32,000 nt of DNA from positions 300,001 through 332,000 of the forward strand of contig NC_000964.3 of NCBI RefSeq assembly GCF_000009045.1. Reading direction: 5' to 3'. Source of the DNA: Bacillus subtilis subsp. subtilis str. 168 (GTDB taxonomy: Bacteria > Bacillota > Bacilli > Bacillales > Bacillaceae). Positions 17,725 through 30,770 of the stretch are shown here, piece by piece. The notes below the pieces were generated by a model that saw only the letters and a program-made list of their open reading frames with translations, was not told where the DNA came from and made no database searches. Numbering within the stretch: position 1 is the first letter of the stretch; every line of letters begins with the position of its first letter. A program made the translations under genes and the position numbers.

Positions 17725-18927
17725 ATGGGAAAACAACAGCCTATATCCCAGCGTAAACTGCTGGGCGTCGCCGGTTTGGGGTGGCTGTTTGATGCAATGG
17801 ATGTCGGAATATTATCGTTTATTATCGCCGCGCTCCATGTAGAGTGGAATCTGTCGCCCGAAGAAATGAAATGGATCGGAAGCGTCAATTCCATCGGCAT
17901 GGCTGCGGGTGCGTTTTTGTTTGGTTTGCTTGCTGATCGAATCGGCCGCAAAAAAGTGTTCATCATCACCCTTTTATGCTTTTCCATCGGAAGCGGCATT
18001 TCCGCTTTTGTGACGAGCTTATCGGCATTTCTAATCCTTCGTTTCGTGATTGGTATGGGACTTGGCGGCGAGCTTCCAGTCGCTTCAACACTCGTTTCGG
18101 AAGCGGTTGTGCCTGAAAAGCGGGGCAGAGTGATTGTGCTTTTGGAAAGCTTTTGGGCCGTGGGCTGGCTCGCAGCGGCCTTGATTTCTTACTTTGTGAT
18201 ACCAAGCTTCGGCTGGCAGGCTGCCCTTCTGTTAACTGCGCTGACTGCTTTTTATGCGCTGTACCTGCGGACGAGTCTACCTGATTCGCCGAAATATGAA
18301 TCGCTTTCTGCCAAAAAGAGGTCGATGTGGGAGAATGTAAAAAGCGTCTGGGCAAGACAGTATATACGGCCGACGGTGATGCTGTCGATCGTTTGGTTCT
18401 GTGTGGTGTTTTCTTATTACGGCATGTTCCTATGGCTCCCGAGTGTCATGCTGCTGAAAGGCTTCAGCATGATTCAAAGCTTTGAATATGTCCTGCTGAT
18501 GACGCTTGCTCAGCTACCTGGCTATTTCTCTGCCGCATGGCTGATTGAAAAAGCGGGCCGGAAGTGGATACTCGTCGTTTACTTGATTGGCACAGCAGGA
18601 AGCGCCTATTTCTTCGGAACGGCGGATTCCTTAAGTCTTCTGCTTACGGCTGGAGTGCTGTTATCGTTTTTCAATCTCGGTGCGTGGGGCGTGCTGTATG
18701 CTTATACCCCGGAGCAATACCCGACTGCGATTCGAGCAACAGGTTCAGGAACGACAGCAGCGTTTGGAAGAATCGGCGGCATCTTCGGGCCTTTGCTCGT
18801 CGGAACCCTGGCAGCCCGTCATATTTCGTTTTCGGTCATCTTTTCAATCTTTTGCATTGCAATCTTACTTGCGGTTGCTTGTATTTTGATTATGGGGAAA
18901 GAAACGAAACAAACTGAGCTAGAATAG
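17725..18927 (+). CDS. yceI: MFS transporter (400 aa), niacin transporter NiaP type
   Basis: ATG 17725 is 8 nt after AGAGG. It has 12 TM segments and the MFS motif GLLADRIGRKK. Confidence 0.88.
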   Translation: MGKQQPISQRKLLGVAGLGWLFDAMDVGILSFIIAALHVEWNLSPEEMKWIGSVNSIGMAAGAFLFGLLADRIGRKKVFIITLLCFSIGSGISAFVTSLSAFLILRFVIGMGLGGELPVASTLVSEAVVPEKRGRVIVLLESFWAVGWLAAALISYFVIPSFGWQAALLLTALTAFYALYLRTSLPDSPKYESLSAKKRSMWENVKSVWARQYIRPTVMLSIVWFCVVFSYYGMFLWLPSVMLLKGFSMIQSFEYVLLMTLAQLPGYFSAAWLIEKAGRKWILVVYLIGTAGSAYFFGTADSLSLLLTAGVLLSFFNLGAWGVLYAYTPEQYPTAIRATGSGTTAAFGRIGGIFGPLLVGTLAARHISFSVIFSIFCIAILLAVACILIMGKETKQTELE

Positions 18928-18930
18928 GAA

Positions 18931-18955
18931 AAGCACCTCTTAAAAGAGGTGCTTT
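18931..18955. terminator. Terminator hairpin A after yceI (U-tract is better on the minus strand)
   Basis: aagcacctctt (18931-18941) pairs with aagaggtgctt (18944-18954). The plus-strand tail is TTTC. The minus-strand tail is TTTTCCTATT. Confidence 0.7.
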
Positions 18956-19150
18956 CAGCGTGTCGACAAACCCTCGCATTCGTTGTCAGGACTGCGCTTC
19001 GGTGCTCAATGCGAAGTGGATCAACGGCTAAATTCTCAGGCGTCCTGCCTAAACGCCGTCGTCATCACATCCTGTGAATGTCCGCTCCTATGCTCGTCCT
19101 TCCTAGACTTCAAGGGTTTTCAATCACGCTGAAAAGATTTTGTCAACAAT
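18956..19150 (+). ncRNA. Candidate structured non-coding RNA / intergenic repeat element (about 195 nt, GC-rich)
   Basis: No ORF. Nested helices: 18956-62 with 19125-31; 18968-74 with 19113-19; 18975-80 with 19008-13; a GCGC-UUCG-GUGC tetraloop hairpin at 18994-19005; GGCGU/ACGCC at 19039-57. It ends at the strong plus-strand terminator B. Strand is inferred from the UUCG loop, the G.U pair and the terminator polarity. Confidence 0.45.
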
Positions 19151-19154
19151 CTGA

Positions 19155-19181
19155 GGCACCTCTTGAATGAGGTGCTTTTTT
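19155..19181 (+). terminator. Terminator hairpin B (near-copy of hairpin A) with a T6 tract overlapping the yceJ stop codon
   Basis: gcacctc (19156-19162) pairs with gaggtgc (19169-19175), followed by TTTTTT (19176-19181). Confidence 0.7.
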
Positions 19182-20352
19182 ACAATTGCGCCCGGGCTGT
19201 GGATTGGCGTTTCCCGGTTTTACTGATTGTCTGGTAGAGCGTCATAGAAAGTATGAACAGAATGGCAGTAAATCCTGTGACAGCTCCGAAATGCTGTGTG
19301 CTTTGATATAAAAAACCTGCAATACTTGTACCGACAGTGGTTCCGGCATACATAGCGGCATTGGAAAGGGAAGCGATGGTTCCTCGCGCATTTGGTGCAA
19401 TGGATTGAAAGACACCCATCATTAACGGAAAGATGATGCCAGCTGTAAAGAACGTGAGAAAAAAGCCGGCTTCTACTAAAAACAAGTTTGGAAAGAACGG
19501 AAGAGCGAAATAGAGAGCGCCCATTAGCAGCATCCCGCTGATCAGTGTTTTAAACATGCCCAGCTTTTCTGAAACCCGGCTGCCGATAAGGCTCCCGAGC
19601 ATATTTCCCAGTCCGAGTACAAGCATAGCTGCGCCAATTTGTGACACGGTTAAATGATAATCCGCGGAAAGCCAAGTACCCAGAAAGCTGAACGATGCGA
19701 AGTTTCCGGTTTGAAACAGAAAATAGGCAAGCAGAATGACCGATGTTTTCGGCAATGAAAAAAGCTCCCGATAGGGGTTGACAATTGATGGGCGCGCCAA
19801 TGGTTCAGAAGGCCGGATGCCAGGCATGACCGCCGCCAGGATCAATAGAAGAATAAGCGAGCACGCTGACAAAACGAAAAATGGCGTATGCCATGTAAAG
19901 GAAGCGAGAAACCCTCCAATAGGAAGTCCGAGCATTTGTGAAGCGGCCAAACCTGCTGTCGCAATCCCCATGCCTTTTATGATCTGAGAAGGCTGGACAA
20001 TGACTGGGATGGACGCCCAAATTTGAGGCGTCACAAACGCAGCGCTAACGCCTGCGGCAAAACGGAACAGGCACATGGCGGCAAAAGAGGGAGCGATGCC
20101 GCATAAAAATGTGGATACGATAAAGCCTGCAAGTCCCCACAGCATGACTGTTTTCCTGTTCAGCCGGTCTGAGATTGGGCCTGCAATGAAAGCGAAGAGT
20201 GCATAACCGAGTGCATAAGCACTGACCATCCAGCCTGACAAATCAGTAGAGACATGAAACTGATCCTGTAAAAGGGGGAGAAGCGGCGAAAGCAAAAAGG
20301 TATCCGTGCCAATGACAAACATGACACTGAAGAAAAGCCAAATGCGATTCAA
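19180..20352 (-). CDS. yceJ: MFS efflux-type transporter (390 aa)
   Basis: The TTG start at 20352 follows AGGAGTGA by about 7 nt. It has 12 TM segments and the motif GPISDRLNRK. Confidence 0.88.
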   Translation of the reverse strand: MNRIWLFFSVMFVIGTDTFLLSPLLPLLQDQFHVSTDLSGWMVSAYALGYALFAFIAGPISDRLNRKTVMLWGLAGFIVSTFLCGIAPSFAAMCLFRFAAGVSAAFVTPQIWASIPVIVQPSQIIKGMGIATAGLAASQMLGLPIGGFLASFTWHTPFFVLSACSLILLLILAAVMPGIRPSEPLARPSIVNPYRELFSLPKTSVILLAYFLFQTGNFASFSFLGTWLSADYHLTVSQIGAAMLVLGLGNMLGSLIGSRVSEKLGMFKTLISGMLLMGALYFALPFFPNLFLVEAGFFLTFFTAGIIFPLMMGVFQSIAPNARGTIASLSNAAMYAGTTVGTSIAGFLYQSTQHFGAVTGFTAILFILSMTLYQTISKTGKRQSTARAQL

Positions 20353-20420
20353 ATTTTATCACTCCTATTGTTTTATAACTTTAAAACTATGAAACAGATA
20401 TGTATAGAGAAAACCCTTTG

Positions 20421-20723
20421 TTAGAGGGTTTCCAAAAAGCCAGGCAGGTATGTTTGAAATGTGTCTTCACGCAGACTGACGTATTTTGTCCGCGAATCTT
20501 TCCGGGTTGCCGTCAATCCCGCTTCACGCAGCGTTTTAAAATGATAAGATGCCGTGGTTTTGACAATATTGCACTTTTCACCTACTTCACCGCAGCTGAG
20601 TTCTTTTCCGCTGACATAAAGCGTACGAATAATGGCAAGCCTTGATTCATCAGACAGTGCTTTAAAAATTTGCGCTCTGATTTGATCATCTGATTGTTTC
20701 ATAGTCATGAAACTATAATACAT
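20421..20723 (-). CDS. yceK: ArsR/SmtB-family winged-helix transcriptional regulator (95-100 aa)
   Basis: The HTH region is SCGEVGEKCNIVKTTASYHFKTLREAGL. None of the three candidate ATGs (20723, 20708, 20702) has an RBS. See the leaderless-mRNA finding. Confidence 0.85.
   Translation of the reverse strand: MYYSFMTMKQSDDQIRAQIFKALSDESRLAIIRTLYVSGKELSCGEVGEKCNIVKTTASYHFKTLREAGLTATRKDSRTKYVSLREDTFQTYLPGFLETL
20696..20713. promoter_or_regulatory. Palindromic operator candidate GTTTCAT-N4-ATGAAAC overlapping the yceK start
   Basis: gtttcat (20696-20702), agtc, atgaaac (20707-20713). It is a perfect 7-bp inverted repeat with the TGAA/TTCA core typical of ArsR-family operators. Confidence 0.5.
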
Positions 20724-21012
20724 AATGGGTGTTGAAAAAGCAACTTATTTTTCCAGTAAAGGAGCAGGAAGTCATAAGAGGAAGGAGGAATTCAATTCCA
20801 ATAAAAGCGTTTTCAACTAAAGGTAGGAGAAAAATCACCCGTAAAATACAATCATATAGGAGGATTACAGAGCATTTAGAAGCATAAATAAGATCATGTG
20901 GTCACATGGATGTTTATAAAGAAATGGTACAGAATAAAAGAGAATATGCTGTTTGTGTGGGAAGTTACATAAATGTTACGGTAATAAAGATTGCTTAATA
21001 TGGAGGGAAAAT

Positions 21013-22269
21013 ATGAGTGTAGATGAGAAACCAATTAAGATAAAAGTCGAGAAAGTCTCTAAGATTTTTGGGAAACAAACAAAGAAGGCAGTTCAAATGC
21101 TTGCCAACGGAAAGACAAAAAAAGAGATCCTGAAAGCAACCGGATCAACCGTTGGGGTTAATCAGGCAGATTTTGAAGTATATGATGGTGAGATATTTGT
21201 CATCATGGGTCTATCAGGGAGCGGTAAATCAACTTTAGTACGGATGTTAAACCGGCTTATTGAACCGACTGCCGGAAATATTTACATTGATGGTGACATG
21301 ATAACAAATATGTCAAAAGACCAGCTCCGGGAAGTCCGCCGGAAAAAAATCAGCATGGTCTTCCAAAAGTTCGCTCTGTTTCCGCACAGAACGATACTTG
21401 AAAACACAGAATACGGACTGGAGCTTCAAGGTGTAGACAAACAAGAGCGGCAGCAAAAAGCGCTTGAGTCTCTTAAGCTCGTTGGACTGGAAGGATTTGA
21501 ACACCAATATCCCGACCAGCTTTCCGGCGGGATGCAGCAGCGTGTCGGCCTTGCCCGCGCGTTGACGAATGACCCGGACATCCTTCTGATGGACGAAGCG
21601 TTCAGTGCGCTCGATCCACTGATTCGTAAAGATATGCAGGATGAGCTTCTTGATCTTCACGATAATGTCGGAAAAACAATTATCTTTATTACGCATGACT
21701 TGGACGAAGCGTTGCGGATCGGCGACAGAATTGTCCTAATGAAGGACGGCAACATCGTTCAAATCGGCACGCCTGAAGAAATCCTGATGAATCCATCTAA
21801 CGAATATGTTGAGAAATTCGTCGAAGATGTTGATTTGTCTAAAGTCCTCACAGCAGGCCACATTATGAAACGCGCTGAAACAGTGCGGATTGATAAAGGG
21901 CCTCGCGTAGCATTGACACTGATGAAAAACCTTGGAATTTCTTCAATTTATGCAGTGGATAAACAAAAGAAATTATTAGGTGTTATCTATGCGTCTGATG
22001 CGAAAAAAGCGGCTGAGTCTGATTTGTCACTTCAAGACATCTTGAATACAGAATTTACGACTGTACCAGAGAATACGTATCTGACTGAGATTTTTGACGT
22101 TGTGTCCGATGCGAATATTCCAATTGCGGTTGTGGATGAGAAGCAAAGAATGAAAGGAATTGTCGTAAGAGGCGCGCTGATTGGCGCACTTGCCGGCAAT
22201 AACGAGTATATCAATGCTGAAGGCACTAACGAACAAACACAAGATCCTTCTGCACAGGAGGTGAAATAA
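21013..22269 (+). CDS. opuAA: Glycine betaine ABC transporter ATPase with C-terminal tandem CBS domains (418 aa)
   Basis: ATG 21013 follows GGAGGG (21002-21007). Walker A is GLSGSGKST, signature LSGGMQQR, Walker B LLMDEAFSALD. Confidence 0.93.
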   Translation: MSVDEKPIKIKVEKVSKIFGKQTKKAVQMLANGKTKKEILKATGSTVGVNQADFEVYDGEIFVIMGLSGSGKSTLVRMLNRLIEPTAGNIYIDGDMITNMSKDQLREVRRKKISMVFQKFALFPHRTILENTEYGLELQGVDKQERQQKALESLKLVGLEGFEHQYPDQLSGGMQQRVGLARALTNDPDILLMDEAFSALDPLIRKDMQDELLDLHDNVGKTIIFITHDLDEALRIGDRIVLMKDGNIVQIGTPEEILMNPSNEYVEKFVEDVDLSKVLTAGHIMKRAETVRIDKGPRVALTLMKNLGISSIYAVDKQKKLLGVIYASDAKKAAESDLSLQDILNTEFTTVPENTYLTEIFDVVSDANIPIAVVDEKQRMKGIVVRGALIGALAGNNEYINAEGTNEQTQDPSAQEVK

Positions 22270-22270
22270 G

Positions 22271-24000
<1,730 letters not shown>

Positions 24001-24003
24001 TCA

Positions 24004-24035
24004 AAAAAGCAGCCTGTGTCAGGCTGCTTTTTTTG
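24004..24035. terminator. Bidirectional terminator between opuAC (+) and amhX (-)
   Basis: gcagcctg (24009-24016) pairs with caggctgc (24020-24027), flanked by A6 and T7 runs. Confidence 0.85.
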
Positions 24036-24037
24036 CG

Positions 24038-25189
24038 TTAAGAAGCGTTAGCGGCAGCAAGTGATTCCGCCTTCTGAAATGTTTTGAGCACGGCGTTCGC
24101 CAAAATATGAATGCCGGTAAACATCGCATTTCTGTCAAAGGTCATGTGCGGATGATGGAGCCCCGGCTGGAGCCCGCAGCCTAGTCCGAGCATCGTTGTT
24201 TTCAGATTCGGCACCTTCACGGCGTAAAAATGGAAATCCTCGCCGCCGGTGGTGACAAGCGGGTCATCAAGCCGCTCAGCCCCGATGATTTCCGTAATGG
24301 CTTCTGCCATGATCGCTTCAGCTTCTTTATTTTGTGTTGCCGCAGGAAGGCTGTGTTCTTTGTGCAGCTCGATCTTTGCGCCAAATGCAGCGGCGGCCGC
24401 TTCACAGGCTCTTTCTGTTTCGGCGATTAATGCCTCCATGGCTTCATTGGTCTGTGCGCGCAAATCAAGGCTGAACGATGCTTTTCCTGGAATGATGTTA
24501 GAGCTTTCACCGCCGGCTTGCAGTTTTGTCATTTTGACGGTATGCGGGATTTGCGGGTCAATATGAATGAGTCCGAGCTTGTGTACAAGAAATGCCGCAA
24601 TTTCAATGCTGTTTTTCCCGAGGTGCGGACGGGCGCCATGAGCCTCTTCCCCGATGATCGTTCCCTCAATGTGCTGGCTTGATCCGTGCAGAATAGAAGG
24701 AGCGCAGCGGCCGTTCTGTGTTTCCTGGATCGGACGGACGTGAACGCCATACAAATAGTCGATATCATCAAGCACGCCTTCTTCTATCATTTTCAAGGCG
24801 CCGCCGCCTTTTTCTTCTGCCGGCTGAAAGATAAAACGGATTGTGCCCTTCGGAAGCTCAGGTTGTTTTTTTAGCAGCATTAACGTGCCCAATGCCATTG
24901 TCATATGTGAATCGTGTCCGCAGGAATGGTTGGCGCGAAATGTGCCGTTAACCTCCTGCCACAGCGCGTCAATATCAGCGCGTACCGCTACAACAGGTGA
25001 GCCTGAGCCGATTTCGCCGACAACCCCGGTGCAGTCTGAAAACGTGCGCGTCCGGCACCCTAAATCCTCAAGCTTTTGTTTCAAAAATGAAGTTGTCTCA
25101 TATTCCTTCCAGCTGACTTCAGGGTTCGCGTGCAGATGCTCGAAGATGTCCATAATGGTTTGTTTCATTTCTTCTGAAAGCTTTTGCAT
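24038..25189 (-). CDS. amhX: M20-family amidohydrolase / aminoacylase (383 aa)
   Basis: ORF track entry. M20D motifs are [10 protein letters not shown] and [13 protein letters not shown] lies upstream. Confidence 0.92.
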
Positions 25190-25246
25190 GGTAAGAAATA
25201 CCTCCTTCTATCAGAATGAATTTTTACCTTCTTTACTTTATTTATA

Positions 25247-25275
25247 TTGAAACAGGAAGATAGGCTGTATATAAT
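25247..25275 (+). promoter_or_regulatory. Near-consensus sigma-A promoter upstream of ycgA
   Basis: TTGAAA (25247-25252), exactly 17 nt, then TATAAT (25270-25275). Confidence 0.6.
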
Positions 25276-25338
25276 ATAGCACATATTGCTACTATTCAGA
25301 ATAATTAATATTTTCAAACAGAGGGGATGGATCGAAAT

Positions 25339-26772
25339 ATGAGTATGCCAGCAGCCGAAACACAGCCTAAGAAAAAACGTATGACATTTAAAATGCCTGA
25401 CGCCTATGTCCTCTTATTTATGATTGCTTTCATTTGCGCAATCGCTTCATATATTGTGCCGGCAGGTGAATTTGACCGCGTGACAAAGGGGGATGTCACG
25501 ACCGCTGTTCCGGGAAGCTATCATTCAATTGAACAGTCTCCGGTCAGATTGATCAGCTTTTTTACTTCTCTACAGGATGGAATGGTTGGATCAGCACCCA
25601 TCATCTTTCTGATTTTATTCACAGGCGGCACCATTGCTATTCTAGAAAAAACGGGTGCCATCAATGGCCTGATTTACAATGTCATCAGCAAATTCCGCAC
25701 AAAGCAATTATTATTTATTTGTATTGTCGGCGCATTGTTCTCCATTCTCGGAACAACCGGGATTGTCGTGAATTCAGTTATCGGTTTTATCCCCATCGGC
25801 CTCATTGTGGCACGATCCTTAAAATGGGACGCAGTCGCGGGAGCCGCTGTTATATACATCGGCTGCTACGCTGGATTTAACTCCACCATATTATCACCGT
25901 CACCGCTCGGTTTATCACAATCAATCGCGGAGCTCCCTCTTTTCTCAGGAATCGGCCTGCGAGTTGTGATATACATATGCTTTTTGCTGTCTTCTATTAT
26001 TTATATCTATTTGTATACGAGAAAATTAAAAAAATCAAAAGATGCCAGTGTGTTAGGAACAGATTGGTTCCCTGCGGCAGGAATGGGCGAAGCCGGTAAA
26101 GAAGAAGATCAGTCAGTGCCGTTTACCGTTCGCCATAAGCTGATTTTGGCTGTGGCGGGACTCTCACTTGTCGGATTTTTATACGGCGCTTTGAAGCTTG
26201 GCTGGTCAGATTCCCAAATGGCTGCGACATTTATTTTTATTTCTGTCCTTGCCGGTTTAATAGGCGGGCTTGCGGCGAACGATATTGCCAAAACCTTCAT
26301 TACGGGCTGCCAAAGTCTTGTATACGGGGCGCTGATTGTCGGGATGGCACGAAGCATTTCCGTTATCCTTGAAAATGGAAAGCTTCTCGATACTGTCGTC
26401 AATGCTTTGGCTTCACTTTTGGATGGATTCAGCCCGATTGCTGGGGCAATCGGCATGTATATCGCCAGTGCGCTGCTTCATTTTCTCATCTCTTCAGGTT
26501 CTGGCGAAGCCGTTGTATTTATTCCAATCCTGGCGCCGCTCGCTGATTTGATGGGAATCACGAGACAGGTTGCGGTTGAAGCGGTTATGCTTGGAGAAGG
26601 GGTCGTCAACTGTGTGAACCCGACATCCGGCGTTCTCATGGCGGTGCTTGCCGCCAGCGGTATTCCGTATGTCAAGTGGCTGCGGTTTATGGTGCCGCTT
26701 GCTCTGATTTGGTTCTTGATCGGGCTTGTCTTTATCGTGATCGGAGTCATGATCAATTGGGGGCCGTTTTAA
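25339..26772 (+). CDS. ycgA: YfcC/ArcD-like anion-permease superfamily membrane transporter (about 477 aa)
   Basis: The ORF frame starts at 25327, but that ATG abuts the GAGGGG RBS. ATG 25339 is 12 nt downstream. The protein is highly hydrophobic and polytopic. Confidence 0.85.
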
Positions 26773-26780
26773 CGATTGCT

Positions 26781-26807
26781 GCCCGCCGGCTTGTACGGCG
26801 GGCTTTT
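26781..26807 (+). terminator. Rho-independent terminator after ycgA
   Basis: gcccgccg (26781-26788) pairs with cggcgggc (26796-26803), followed by TTTT. Confidence 0.8.
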
Positions 26808-26887
26808 GAGTTATTCATTGCAGAAGCGCAGGCTGTTATTGTAACATGTAAGCCATAAGCCATTCGTAAAAGTGCGGGAGGAAGGTC

Positions 26888-27469
26888 ATGAATAATCTGC
26901 GTAATAGACTTTCAGGCGTGAATGGGAAAAATAAGAGAGTAAAAGAAAAAGAACAAAAAATCTGGTCGGAGATTGGGATGATAGCGGGAGCATTTGCGCT
27001 GCTTGATGTGATCATCCGCGGCATTATGTTTGAATTTCCGTTTAAAGAATGGGCTGCAAGCCTTGTGTTTTTGTTCATCATTATCTTATATTACTGCATC
27101 AGGGCTGCGGCATCCGGAATGCTCATGCCGAGAATAGACACCAAAGAAGAACTGCAAAAACGGGTGAAGCAGCAGCGAATAGAATCAATTGCGGTCGCCT
27201 TTGCGGTAGTGGTGCTTACGATGTACGACAGGGGGATTCCCCATACATTCTTCGCTTGGCTGAAAATGATTCTTCTTTTTATCGTCTGCGGCGGCGTTCT
27301 GTTTCTGCTTCGGTATGTGATTGTGAAGCTGGCTTACAGAAGAGCGGTAAAAGAAGAAATAAAAAAGAAATCATCTTTTTTGTTTGGAAAGCGAGGGAAG
27401 CGTTCACAGTTTCGGGCAGCTTTTTTTATAGGAACATTGATTTGTATTCACTCTGCCAAGTTGTTTTGA
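26888..27469 (+). CDS. ycgB: Small integral membrane protein of unknown function (193 aa, about 4 TM)
   Basis: A strong RBS, GGAGGAAGG, is 4 nt before the ATG. Hydrophobic segments alternate with K/R-rich loops. Confidence 0.8.
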   Translation: MNNLRNRLSGVNGKNKRVKEKEQKIWSEIGMIAGAFALLDVIIRGIMFEFPFKEWAASLVFLFIIILYYCIRAAASGMLMPRIDTKEELQKRVKQQRIESIAVAFAVVVLTMYDRGIPHTFFAWLKMILLFIVCGGVLFLLRYVIVKLAYRRAVKEEIKKKSSFLFGKRGKRSQFRAAFFIGTLICIHSAKLF

Positions 27470-27489
27470 TAGAGTGATTGTGATAATTT
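27461..27489 (+). promoter_or_regulatory. amyE promoter candidate (-35 TTGTTT, -10 TAATTT, or TGnGATAAT extended -10)
   Basis: TTGTTT at 27461-27466, a 17-nt spacer, then TAATTT at 27484-27489. The position is consistent with the cre box spanning about -3 to +11. Confidence 0.55.
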
Positions 27490-27493
27490 TAAA

Positions 27494-27507
27494 TGTAAGC
27501 GTTAACA
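27494..27507. promoter_or_regulatory. Catabolite-responsive element (cre, amyO operator) bound by CcpA
   Basis: TGTAAGCGTTAACA is an exact match to the classical amyO cre and fits the cre consensus WTGNAANCGNWNNCW. Confidence 0.9.
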
Positions 27508-27605
27508 AAATTCTCCAGTCTTCACATCGGTTTGAAAGGAGGAAGCGGAAGAATGAAGTAAGAGGGATTTTTGACTCCGAAGTAAGTCTTCAAAAAATCA
27601 AATAA

Positions 27606-29597
<1,992 letters not shown>

Positions 29598-29622
29598 GGG
29601 CAAGGCTAGACGGGACTTACCG

Positions 29623-29652
29623 AAAGAAACCATCAATGATGGTTTCTTTTTT
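29623..29652 (+). terminator. Rho-independent terminator after amyE
   Basis: A 12-bp stem, aaagaaaccatc with gatggtttcttt, has a 3-nt loop and a T-rich tail. Confidence 0.85.
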
Positions 29653-29689
29653 GTTCATAAATCAGACAAAACTTTTCTCTTGCAAAAGT

Positions 29690-29707
29690 TTGTGAAGTGT
29701 TGCACAA
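29690..29707. promoter_or_regulatory. Rex (redox repressor) box 1 upstream of ldh
   Basis: TTGTGAAgtgtTGCACAA differs from the Rex consensus TTGTGAAnnnnTTCACAA at one position. Confidence 0.7.
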
Positions 29708-29712
29708 TATAA

Positions 29713-29730
29713 ATGTGAAATACTTCACAA
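29713..29730. promoter_or_regulatory. Rex box 2 upstream of ldh
   Basis: ATGTGAAatacTTCACAA differs from the consensus only at the first base. Confidence 0.75.
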
Positions 29731-29770
29731 ACAAAAAGACATCAAAGAGAAACATACCCTGGAAGGATGA

Positions 29771-30739
<969 letters not shown>

Positions 30740-30770
30740 CCGCAACTTTAGAGTAAAGGGCTGATTGTCA

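Noticed and set aside
20400-20645. An 81-aa plus-strand ORF between yceJ and yceK.
   Set aside because: It is antisense to the well-supported ArsR-family yceK gene, has no RBS, and its sequence is implausible.
20953-21012. An upstream extension of opuAA (MCGKLHKCYGNKDCLIWREN).
   Set aside because: It has no RBS and is Cys-rich nonsense. The real ATG at 21013 has GGAGGG at the correct spacing.
25295-25320. A CodY-like motif (actATTCAGAATAAT, about 11 of 15 matches to AATTTTCWGAAAATT) upstream of ycgA.
   Set aside because: The match is weak in an AT-rich region where such hits arise by chance, and it is not supportable without a PWM score.
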